Assembly: GCA_047967505.1 (NCBI GenBank)
Contig: CM106538.1
Source of the DNA: Dipteris shenzhenensis
Lineage: Eukaryota
DNA: 64,000 bases
Strand: one strand, 5' to 3'
Part shown: one piece after another, positions 25,880-37,468 of the stretch
Position numbering within the stretch: the stretch's first letter is position 1
Layout: every line of letters starts with the position of its first letter
Position numbers and translations under genes: made by a program
The notes under the pieces: model-generated
The model's input: the letters and a program-made list of their open reading frames with translations, nothing else
Told to the model about the DNA's origin: nothing
The model's database searches: none

Positions 25880-26290
25880 CGCGGCATTTTCAGCATGGAC
25901 CATGCTGAAAGATATGTAATCAACAATGCGTCTAGGATCCTCAACCTAGAAACAGAACTCTACAACATAAAGATAGAGGAGGGGACACGGAGGATCGCAC
26001 CACCAAGATGAAGGTGGTGAGGCATCAACTTTCAGCAGTTGGTCAACGAACGGATACAGCATGGACTGCTACGCTTTTTCTTGGCATGCTCCCCAAAGCT
26101 ACAAAGGGTTTGGTACAACCATGGTTGCCAGACAACAACTAGCACCGGTGACTTTCAAGGAGCTAGTGCCTCTGCTTGGATAGGAAACGGGAGAGAATTA
26201 CAATGGATCCCACGACAATACCTTTTACTATGCAAGACAAGAGCAAAGGCACAAGGAAGGGCAAGCCTAGTAACAGCAAGTCCAACAACA
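25880..26290 (+). pseudogene. Ty1/copia gag remnant
   Basis: AWTMLKDM…ELYNIKIEEG…KMKVVRHQLSAVG across frameshifts resembles copia UBN2-type gag. Confidence 0.5.
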
Positions 26291-26754
26291 AAAAGAGAAA
26301 TGACAAGCCTTATGATGATGAGAACTCTTAATCAACTAGAGGCAAGAAGAAAAAGAAATATATATACCTTCGTAAGACTAGAATAAGTCCAATCATACAA
26401 ATTTAGATTTTTTGTTATTCTAAAGACCAAAAATCTACACAGAAAATAAAAGGGAAAATGAAAGAGAAGAAAAAAGAGGTAAACAAAAACTTTTATGAAA
26501 AACAAAAGGAAGACATACTTAGCAAGCAAAGCAACATTTATGTCGTCATCAGTGCCCAAGCATAAGCAGCTATACTGGGTTTCTAAAGACCCGCGGAGTC
26601 TCTTGGGCAAACCCAATGCTTACTAAAATACGTCAAATAAACAAACAAGAGAAAGAAATAAAGAAATAAAGAAGAAAGGAAGAAGGTGACTAAGCAAAAA
26701 TAAACAAGCAAGTCAAGAAACAAAAAGCAAAATCTTCCAAAAAACTGGAATTAA

Positions 26755-26756
<2 letters not shown>

Positions 26757-26793
<37 letters not shown>
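26757..26793. repeat. (CT)n microsatellite
   Basis: Directly visible. Confidence 0.95.
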
Positions 26794-26797
<4 letters not shown>

Positions 26798-26999
26798 ACT
26801 CTTATTTAAAACATAAAAAGCTAAAAGGACCCTTTACACTTATGTATCGCTTCCTACAAAGAGGCAAAATTACATTCCTAACTTAGAAAGCACAAGCATA
26901 CTCAATCAAACTCTCTTTTGAAACTAAAAGAAAAACGAGCTATTCAGCTCCCCGCTTTTTGTTTTCAGCTTATGTTCAATCATTCTAAACATACCTAAG

Positions 27000-28400
27000 G
27001 CCAATACACCATAGATAAAAGACTTCATATCTAAGATTGTGGAACTTTTTTCATTATTTTCCTTGGATTATACCTCTTGTGTAATAGTAAAGTGATCAAA
27101 TTACTACATTGAGTGATAAAAGACTCCTTAGTTGTACAAAGGCGGGAAAATCTATGGAATTGGGAAGAAATGACTCCATATTTTGCCAAATCAAAAATGT
27201 TTGAGTCAATGTGAGGCATTTTTATAAGGTGTAAACCGCTATATTCAGGTTGTTCACATTTATCGTAAATATCAACTTCTAATCCTATGGTAGATTGAGA
27301 AAGTCTAAGATCTAAGAAAACACAAGAATCCCCCCTTAAAGTGCAATTCAGTTCACAAGAGTCACAAGGATAGATTCCTTCTCCAAAAGCACAAGCATCT
27401 TTGTACATAAAGTCTTGAAAATTAGGAACATCTGGTACAAATAAATCATCTATAAAACACCTAACTTGGCTAAGCTTATGTGAAATGATAGGGTAGGTAT
27501 TGATAGAAATAAGACGTTGCATGAACTCAAATCCATAAGTGAAAAGATAAAAGTTTGCTAAAAAGACAGCACAATCAGTGCCCATGGGGATTCCTATAAT
27601 TTGTTGAAACAAAGAATCATCTATTGTGATGTAAAGATTATCTAAAAGAAAATCTATCCAAGAGCAAACATCTTCAACACTTACTACCTTTGTGTTATCT
27701 TTTCTTTTTAGAACTGATGTCATGATCTTTATTTTTTAGCCACAAAAAGTCAAAGCATAAGGCTGTTTTTCTCAACTTTTAGCACTTTGCATCTATCTAT
27801 GTCAAATCTCAGCTTAAAAACTTCAGCCACTAGCTTTTTTATTCTAAACTTCAGGTCTTCCAGCTCGATCTTTGTGTAAAGCATGGTAAAATCATAGGTT
27901 TGAAGGAGAATAGGAGACTCTTTTTCCTGAATGCTTCGAGAAGAATTAAAAAAATTTACAACAGGAATCACTCCTACAGAGTCATTTAAAATCCAGCTTG
28001 AGTGCGAGGGGACATCTGCCTCCTTTAATAAGTCCCTCCAAAGTTCATGGACACTAGGCAACATGGCCTTGAAGTAGTAACTTAGCCATTTAGAGACATC
28101 CGTCAAAATAGTCTCACAAGCAACTGCAATAAATCTTGGCTTTTTTGGAGTTTTGTGGAACTTCCAAGCAACACAAAGAAAAGGGATACTTGGATTGCAA
28201 ACAAAACCAGAAGACTTGCAAAAACTCTGGTGTTTTGAGATCAAATCCTTTTGGGAAACTAAGGCAGGGTTCACTTCTCTCAAAAGACATTCTAAGTAAA
28301 ACTTTTTTACAAGAAGAAAAAGAAATGTTTCTACTGTAACCAGCCAGGATATTTTGTGAAGGACTGCATAAAGAAGAAGACTGACCAAAAGATAAGGAAT
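27000..28400 (-). mobile_element. Penelope-like element reverse transcriptase, degenerate (Naiad/Chlamys-like motifs)
   Basis: WKFHKTPKKPRFIA, SWILNDS, TYDFTMLYTKI, QIIGIPMGTDCAVFLANFYL, CFIDDLF, FLDL, IYDK, and thumb KYGVISSQFHRFSRLCT. Confidence 0.85.
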
Positions 28401-29227
28401 AGTCCAATCAAAAATTAGAGAGGCAAAACCGGTAGCGAACGTGGTAAGAACTTAGGAACTTTTCTTGGTGAAAACTCCGATTGTTGCTGAGGTAAGATAT
28501 GCAAATCTTAGTGTACTGCTATTTATGTCTAACATTGAAAGATGATATGAAGAGTCAAAGGGACCAGCAACATTTGTGGAGGCGAAGGACAACAACGTTT
28601 GTTCAGATTGCCCTAAGAACAAATCTGGCATACTTGCATGAGGGAGGTGTCTTCAAGAGGACCTTTAGGATCAGAGTTAGATGGATATAGGGACACAAAA
28701 AATGGCACTATAGGATTACACATGGATGTGTAAATGCCTCCATGAGGCACCAAGCTTTTTTTCAAATCAAGCACACAAATAGAGGATCCGTTGGTATGTA
28801 TATTCTTTGTGCATATACATTCAAACTTTAGTAGCATGCTATGGGTAGAATGTTTGCATATGGTTCTCCGGTGTTGAGAGCGTGGAGGGTGAAAGCCTTC
28901 CCGATAGGCAAGGGAGGGGAAGTCTTGGTGGTTCTTCAAAGCTCGATTGAAAGTTGCTAGAAGGAGAACATGATGAGCTTGTTGAAGCCTTCATGGTGGA
29001 GACCGGGGCATCTAACGGCCGAGAGACTGTCACCAGAGAATTACCTACTTGAGAGCTCATCTAGAGTTGGGGGTCCTAGAGATACACTTGACTTTGGAGA
29101 TATGTGTGGATCGGCCACTGGGATCTCATTGTCCAAGTTACTTCGCTGCGGATATTGCCAAAGTGAAGACGTGTTGTAACAGACCTCGAAAGCATGGTAC
29201 TTGGCAAAATCCAAGCTATTCTTAGAT

Positions 29228-29795
29228 TTTTTTATTTTTATTTTTTTTCAAAAAAGATACTTCTATTAAGTATTAAAGAAAACCGTTAGAGCAAGCTCCA
29301 TACGGGAATACGGGATACACCATGCAATGCATGAAAAGCTCAAGAGCCAAAAAGAAAGGATTGGGGCTGATAGTGCCATCTCAATCCAGTAGCAACCTCC
29401 GAGAAAAAGAGAAAAAGGGAGAACCCCTCCAAACTCCAAGAAATACAGTCCTCCTAGAAGAGGAGCCCCATGAAGGGCCCTGCATGCTAGCCCATATGGC
29501 TATCAAAGTGTGAATTGTGTCACTCCAAATACCAGTGAACACCTGTGATGGGTGTATATGGGTGTCATCCAAGGTCTCTGTGCATCTGGCTCTCCAAATG
29601 TGCCAAGAGGAAATGCTAGCCAAAATCTCCCAAGAGGTGTCCACTAAAACATGTGAAGCTCTGAAAGGAGTATGTGGTACATCCTGAAGAGAGCAGGGCT
29701 CTATCTCCTGTCGGCAGATCGAGAGTGCCCAAGAAGATTGCTTAGATTCAAAGGGGGACAGCTGGATAATGTTTGTGCCAAGATTGCTTGGGAAC
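29228..29795 (-). mobile_element. LINE family B 3' fragment with poly(A)
   Basis: WEILASISSWHIWRARC…IWSDTIHTL matches the ORF2 C-terminus of the full-length LINE; T-rich tail at 29228-29248. Confidence 0.85.
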
Positions 29796-29944
29796 ACTAG
29801 TGGGTGTTCGTGAGTGAGGATGGTGGTGCCATTGACCTTTGGTACTACCTAGATTGTACCTTTGTACCAAGGTGGTTTGCTTGCACATGACAAGTCCGAG
29901 CAGGAACTATGGGTTCCAAGGCCTGTGAACAAGAACGTCTTTGA

Positions 29945-30263
29945 CTTGTTCCAAAGAGCTTTCCCATGGAAGCTAACGGAACATCTGCATCAACGTGTAC
30001 GTATTTACTCATAGTGGGATGTTGAGAGGGGGTGTTGGAGTTATTTTAGTCTTCTCCCCACCTATGAGCACAGTGACGAGAACATGGGGAAGAGGGAGGT
30101 TGAGGACGTCTCTAACTTGTTCCAAAGAGCTTTTCCATGGAAGCTAATGGAGCATCTGCATAAACGTGTAGGTATTTACTCATGGTGGGACGTTGAGAAG
30201 GGGAGTTATTTTCGTCTTCTCCCCACCTGTGAGCAGTGACGAGAACATGGGGAAGAGGGAGGT
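29945..30263. repeat. Tandem duplication, ~170-bp unit x2
   Basis: ttgttccaaagagcttt…gagaacatggggaagagggaggt repeated. Confidence 0.9.
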
Positions 30264-31028
30264 GTACCAACAGAGATTTCAAGATGCCACGTGGAATATG
30301 TAGGGAAAACATGAAGGCATATGTAGGGGCTGCCACATGGACAGCATGCAAGCCTCTGCACTCAAAAGAATGGCATTCTCTTTTATGGCCTGGTGAAATA
30401 TCTTAAATGGATTGGCAGGGATTCTCTTGCTGGTGGACACTCTTTGTGTGATGGGTGCATTCATTGGTCAAAGGTGTGTACACATCCGTTGGCATTGCAA
30501 AGAGCCCCACTGCTCTTATTTTATGTGGTCCAAAGGAATATGCCTTGTGGGTGATGTGCTTTTGATGATGCTGATATGGTGCTATCTTTTTCCGACATCA
30601 GTCAAACACTTTGGCTTGGGACAACATTATAGACCCCTATGGCACTTATTGTCACAGATGCTTCATGGCTTTCAACCAGTGCTTCGTCTTGAGATTATAG
30701 ACAGTCTCAAAGATTGGGCCCTTTACTCGAATGACCGTCTCAGAATGGGCCCTTCACTCAGATGATCTTGCTTGTTCTCTTCATGTATTCGAATTGCATC
30801 TGGTCCATGACACGTACTTCTCGGTGGTGGAGGAAAGGTTGCAACAAATTTGGGCTCGCAAATCCCCCTTCGTTAGCAGATTTTCTTATGGTGAGTTTTT
30901 TTTTCCGAAAAAACAGTGCTAATTATATTACTTTGAGAACAAGATACAAGGGGTCAGCTTATAGCTGACGGGCTGCATTCACAAATCGGACACAGCCCTA
31001 ACAAGTAGCAAAATAGAAAACCATCCTC

Positions 31029-34000
31029 TCACGGAGGGAGAAAACGAGTATGAGCGAACAGCCAACGGGGTGGTGAGTAGTGCCACCGAAGGCCCTGCGT
31101 AGTCTGCTCGAAGAAGAGGCCCTGTGTGTCCCAAGTCCGGAGGAAGCGTCTCCGCTTCTCCTGACCGGCCCGGGAGTCTCCCTGAATCTGGTCCCACTGG
31201 CCTCTGAGGGTATGAATAATCTCACTCCAAATCTCCGCCATGATCTGGGCAGTCGATAAGGAGGTGCCACCGAGGATCTGCGCGCAGCGCGAGGTCCAGA
31301 TGTGCCACCCTGTAATGCTGCTAATAATCTCCCAGACTGGCTGCCTCTCCCGAACTCCTGTATCAGCCTCTGCTAGGTGCTGTGGGATACCCTCGAGCGG
31401 TCCCCACGTCCCCTGTGTGATAAGGAAAGTGGGGTCCTGCTGACATGCCTCAAAAAGGTGATGAAGACCAGGTGCAGTGCTGCACCAGCAGAACGCGCCC
31501 CAAGTGATCAATCCTAGCTCTGGTGCTGCGCGAGTAAGAATCCCAAAAGTCCACCTCCACACTTCCTGGGCGCGAGTGCAGCTCCACAGGCAGTGCTTTG
31601 GTGTCTCCTCATCCGCATGGCAAATCTGGCAGCATCCGTCCTGGCCTATCTGCCTCAACCAGCTCCCCACTGGAAGACCTTTGTGGGCGAGAAGCCACAG
31701 GAAGTATGAGATCTTCCGTGGCCGCCAACTCTCCCACAAGGCCTTCCAGAATGCCTGTAAAAAGAACCTGGAGAGACCCTGTGCGTACCAGCTGGGTCGC
31801 TGGGTGGGGGAGCGGCTCTGCATCCTCCCGAGAACTCGCCTGCCCAAAGTCGTACTGTAGGCGAAGAAAGAGGTCGGCCCCTGACCTATCACAATCTCTG
31901 GCCACCACCACTCTCCTGGGTCCCAATCAAGCTCTGCCAATGCCCGCCCCTCCCAAAGCCAAAGACGCCAGAGCTGCACCTGGTCCTGCTCGATGCTAGG
32001 GTCGGTACGCCAGACCTTCCCCAAGAGGCCTACGATCCGAACCCTCTGCCACGGGAGTAGGGGGTCGATGAGCGCACCCTCTGTCCTGAGTCGTCCCTCC
32101 CCAGAAACCGCGAAGAAGGAAATAGAAGAGTCATCCAAACGTCCTGCGATCACCAATGGAATGCCACGGGGGGTGAACTGTCCCAGCCATCGGGTGTCAC
32201 CAGGCATGATGATCTGGGACTCAGGTGGGGCCAACCAAGCCGCTGGGATCGCTCCGTCGATCTCCGTGCGTCTCGCCTGGGCTCCACGTGCACCTCCAGC
32301 TGCGCAAGATCTGCCATCTCTAGATGTCTGTACGTATCCCTCCAAACACGGAGGGATCGGGCTGGCCCCCTCATCCAACCGTCCCACCTGATATGTGATC
32401 TCTCCCCCAACTGAAGGCCCTCGGTATCTCTGACCTGACTGTTCCAGATAAGCGGCTGGCGATCGATCTCCTCCTGACAGCTGGGAGGGGACTGAATGAG
32501 ACTGAGACGGAGCTGCCTCCAAACCATGAGGAGGCTACGAACGAGAGGGGAGCGGGGCTGAGTGAGCGGGGCGGAGGTGAAGATCCACCTGAAGGACGGT
32601 AGCCAATCTCCACCTCGGCGCGGGACACAGGAGCCGACTCCCTGCTGAAGTAGCGTCTTCCACGTCTGCCCCCCTGGGGTCAAACCGCGAATGACAAGCT
32701 TGCCTAACAAGGCCTGACTCTGAAGCTCTGGATCAATGACCCCCAGGCCACCCTCAGCCTGTGGAAGAATGACTGTCTGCCACGCAACCCTGGCTCTGCT
32801 ATCTCTATGACCATCCTCCCCAGACCAAAGGAAGTTCCGAACCAACCTCCTGAGCTGTGCCGCGCTGGATCTCGAGAAGCACCAACAGGAAGCCACATAC
32901 CAAGCCGTGGCTAGGAGGACCTGGTTGACTACCAAGGCACGACCTGCAAGAGAGAGCTTAGCAGTGCTCCAGAAAGCCAGCTTCCGTCGGATGGAATCTA
33001 GCACCGGGAGAAACTGCTGAGCTGGTGTGATGTCTAGGCCAACCTGGAAGCCAAGGTATCTAGCTGTCTGTCCACGTGGAATCCATCTGAAGCCCAGAAA
33101 TCGCTCCCACTGAGAGCACGCCCCAGGGTCTGTGAGAAAACCAACGGATTTGTTCCAATTGATTTTCGCCCCAGCGGCCGAACAGAAAACCTCCAGGGCC
33201 GTCCGCACCCTCTCTAGCATCCGCTCGTCGTCCTAGACATAAAGGGCTGTATCATTTGCGTACTCCGAGTCCAAGAGCTCCGTGTCCTCCCGGAGTGGAA
33301 GGCGAATACCCCTGAGCCCTGTGGACCTCGCCCGAAGGTAGTAAGTCATGGCCTCAGCGAAGAAGAGAAACAAGTAAGGAGCCAGGGGGCAGCCCTGACG
33401 TACTGATCTCTCCAAGCTAAAGCGCTCGCCCAACCTGCCTCCAATGATAACTCTGCTAGACGCTGTCCTGTACAAAGCTGAGATACCCTGAATCCAACCT
33501 GCCGGGAAACCTAGCCGCTCCAGAGTCCCCTCCAAAAAGGACCAATCCACGCGATCATAGGCCTTCTCGAAATCGAGAAGTAGAATGGCAAGGTGTGATC
33601 CGCTGTGCTGAGCCCACTCCGCCGCCTCTGAAAAGGTGAAGACGTTATCCAGGATACTGCGATCCTGGACAAAGCCTGTCTGAGTGTCATGGACGAGGTC
33701 TGGGAGTAGAGGCCGAACTCTGGCACTGATCATCTTGGCGAGGATTTTGTAGGCAGAGGTAAGGAGAGTGATCGGACGCCACTGGCGAATCTCCTGTCTA
33801 TCTCCTCCCTTCGGGATGAGGCAAATCAGTCCCGAGGAGAGGCTCTCTGGCATCCGACCGCTGCTGAAAATCCCCTGCAGAGCTGCAAGGAGGGGCTGAT
33901 GGATCTGGTCCCAGAAGGAGGTAAAGAAAGCTCGGGATAGCCCATCCTCACCTGGGCACTTCTGTCCGTCAATAGCCATCAAGGCCTCCAACATCTCATC

Positions 34001-35416
34001 CGAGGTGAACGGCGCCATCAACGTCGCCTGCATGCTAGGCTGGACCAGGGATGGAATGTGCCTCCACACCTCCTCACGGGCACGACTGGCACGAGGGGCA
34101 AGCGGCTCCTACTGGAAGAGGGTCCTGTAAAAGTCAGTGGCCAACCCCAGGACCTCCCCCGGATCCGTAACGATGTGACCATCCGCTGTCCTGAGACTCC
34201 GAAGCTGATCACCTGCAGCTCTCTGGCCATGCGTCCTGAAGAACTCCCTGCACATCCGGTCACCCTTTCGGGCCCAAAAGGAGCGAGAGGCGTGAAAGGA
34301 AAACTCGGAACGACGCTGGAATATCTCCTCCAGGAGGGCTCTGGCTCGAAGGGCCTGGATCCGTAGCTCCTCCGAACCCGGGGAAGCCTGCTGGAGTCGC
34401 TGAATGGAGGCGAGGTCCCTCCGAAGAGCTCTCTCTCTGCCCCACCAATCCTGTCGAACCTGTAAAGCTGCGAGCTGGCAGATCTGGCTAGACTCCTGCA
34501 GAGCCTGTGCGACTGAGTCTACCAGATCCACGCCCTCCCCCCAATCTCTGTCCCAAAGACTGCATATGTTGCTGCGCACGTCCACCCTCGAGAAGATGGA
34601 GTCGGGAATCCTGCATGATCGGGAGGGGAGGGTCTGGGCTGCCGAATCTAAGGAGAGGAGCACAGGCGCATGATCGGAGAGTGTCGTCCCTGGAACTATA
34701 CCCGCCTGGCCGCCTCTGCTGATGGCCCAATCACTGACATAAAATCTATCAAGCCTCTCCAGGAGTCTGCCTCCTTCCCTGCGGAAGCCCCAAGAGAAGT
34801 CCAGGCTCCCGTGCCAACGCCGGAAGGACGGGTCTCTCCAACTGTCCCTCCCTCCCGTCTCAAAGATGAAAGAGTCCCAAGCTGACTGCTCTGCCTGGGC
34901 CATACCTGTGAACTCCGGACCTCTGCCCTGCTGGTCCTCCAAGGTCTCCAGGTTGTTGAAGTCTCCTCCAACAATCCAGGAATCCATGTCTGGAAGAATC
35001 CCTGTAAGTGTCCTCCAGAAGGTGGCTCTGCAACGGAGGTCTGTGGGGGCATAAATGTTGAGGATGCCTATTTTGGACCCCTCCAAGTCCAGGCCTACCC
35101 AAAGGGCTCGGCCAGGAATCAACGTGCCGTGACCGAAAACTCCCTGGGCTAACTGCTCGCACACGGAAGTACAAACACCCCCACTCCTCCCCTGAGCGCC
35201 GATCGAGGGCTCCCAATAAGTGTAGGACCGTCCAGGGAGAACCTTCCCGCAGCTACGGGAATGAGCCGCAGAAAGCTTGTGCTCCTGGAGCAAAAGTACA
35301 TCCAAACGACCAATCACTGCAGGCTGAAGTTCCTGCCGCAGCATGAGCTTCCTGGGACCACGGGTGCCAGAAGAGTGAAACCCGTTCACATTCCAGGATA
35401 CGAGGTGTAAGCTCAT
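31029..35416 (-). pseudogene. LINE ORF2 (APE endonuclease, RT, zf-RVT), inactivated
   Basis: SWNVNG, LQE, GGDFN, RLDRFY, SDHAPV; WRPITL, DFEKAYD, RQGCPL, YAND (mutated YADD); CQIC…HCLWSC. In-frame TAG at 34109 and 33233; frameshift near 32300. Confidence 0.95.
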
Positions 35417-37468
35417 GGAGAGGGATGGGGGGCTGCGAACAGCTGTCTGCTCGCGGTCGAAGTCGAAGAAGAACCAGACATATCGGAATGGAGGCGCTGC
35501 CGCTTATGAGAAGGTTTGGAGGGGGAGACGGGGTCGTCCTGCCCGTTCTTCAACACCTTCAGCAAAGGCGAGAGGCCTTTGGTGCCATGAGCAAAAGCTT
35601 TCTCGATCCAGCTCGAGATCTCTGAAGAGGTCATCCCATAGAAGGTTCGGAGTTTCTGCTGGGACCAAGCTCTGACATCCTGGGGGAGAGGCCATGACAG
35701 GGGAGGTCGGAGGATCACAATCAGTCGGAAGCGTTTGGCGGCGCAACGCCACCGCAAGCGCACATCGCCCTCGGACCACTGAGTCTCGAGGAGCTGCCCA
35801 CCGGACGGGCCTATCCAGGAGCACACCTGGGCGTGTGTCTGCTCTCTGAGAGCCTCCCAAACCGAGTCGTCTGTCCAGGTCTCGGTGCCATCGCTGAGGA
35901 ACGTGAATGCGAAGCTAGGGCCATCCCTGGGAGCCAAGGCACCAATCCTCCCATCCGCCCCTTTGCGGAGCAGGAAAATACTGATGTCGAGACAAGCCGG
36001 GAAGGTCCCAAGGTCGGCCACATCCAGGTAGTCCCAGGGGCCAGATCTGTAAAAGTCTCGAGGAAGCTCTCTCTCCTGGAGCTGAGACCCAACTGAGTCT
36101 GCCACTGAGGGGCTAGCGGGAAGGGAAACCTGCTCCACTGGTGGTGTAGACTCCGGGTGTCCTGCCAACGAGGGGGGAGGGGGAGGAGGCTGAGGGACAG
36201 GCAACTCTGACTCCACGGAGGCGACTGGCGGAGAGGGTGGAGGAGGTGGAGCGGGGGCTGCACTCGGCTGGGAAGCCGGTGGTGCAGCTAACTCTGCGGG
36301 AGAGGCGAGGGGGACCAGGGGGGGGGGGGGATGGGGGTGCAACTGGAACTGGGGCTGAGAGGGAGGAAGAGAAGACTGAGGAAGAGGAGGCGGGGACTGA
36401 AGCTGCGGGTCGGGCGACGGGGGGGGGGGGAGACTGGGGAGGGGGCTGGGGCGGGGAGAAAAGGGGCGGGGGAACGGGAGAGAGGGGGAACTGAGGCTGT
36501 GGAGGGCGGGCTGCCGTCGAGGAAGAAGCTCTCCCAGACCCCTGGGGCGGCTGCCTGACAGATCTCTGGGGTGCTGCTGCAGGAAGGGTAACCTCTGCCT
36601 CCTTGCCTTTATCCGAAGTCTTCTTGTTCTTTCCCCTTTTCCTTTTAACCTCAGTCCAACCGCCCACTACCTCTGGGCCAGACTCCTGCTGTCCCGGCTC
36701 CTCCTGGCGTGGCTGTCCAGGGGGTGGGGGTGGAGGCGGAGGGGTCGGGGGCGGGGGCGGGGGGGGTCGAGACGAACTGGCGAACCGTGGACAAGCAGCC
36801 GCCAAGTGCCCAAAGCCGTGGCACCGCAGGCACTAACCTGGCTGTCCGGTGACAATCATGCTCTGGGTGATGCTGCCGGCACCTGTCACAATCTCGATCA
36901 CAGCAGGGAGAGTCGCAGGATCCGCCACAGCCACTCGGACTCGGGGGGCTCCTGCCGTGGTCACCGCGTCGGCAAAGGTGTCGTGCATAACCCAGCCAAA
37001 ATGGGAGCCCAAGTCCCTGAAAATCGGGCGCAACTCTGCAGCAAGCCCTGGAAAAACAAGTGTCACTGGGTGTCGAGGTATGCGGAACCGAGCATCGAAC
37101 TCCGCTGCGCTGAATCCACGGTACCACGGGACTATCATGATAATCTTCCCATCCACCGAGGTGGGGGAACTGGCAATCAGGTTGCTCGCAGCTTTCTCAG
37201 TGGAGAGTTTGAGCCAGAAGATGCCCCTTCCCATAAGGGCCACCTCCTCAATATGCCCATCCTCTAGCAGGAGAGTGGACTGGAGCCAGTCCCTGATGGC
37301 TACCTTGGAGGGGGAGTGACCAATGACTCTACCGTAAACAGAGGTACGCGCAAAGTCAATGGCAACCTCCTGAACACGAGATGATTGTCGCTCTGTCAGG
37401 ATAACGCGGTAGGCATCTGGAGAGGGAGAGTCCGACTGGGCCTCCGGATCCGGGCGAGGGGCCGCCAT
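35413..37468 (-). pseudogene. LINE ORF1 (DUF4283/RRM-like region, CCHC knuckle, Pro-rich linker, extra C-terminal domain), frameshifted
   Basis: ATG at 37468 (MAAPRPDP). MGRGIFWLKL…IVPW region, CLRCHGFGHLAAAC knuckle; two frameshifts, near 36835 and in G/C runs near 36320. Confidence 0.85.

Noticed and set aside
29060-29130. VYLG as part of a GIY-YIG motif for the PLE
   Set aside because: No preceding GIY-like motif and nearby stops; kept only as something to test.
31200-37300. Many overlapping plus-strand ORFs
   Set aside because: Antisense shadows of GC-rich LINE coding sequence, with no motifs.
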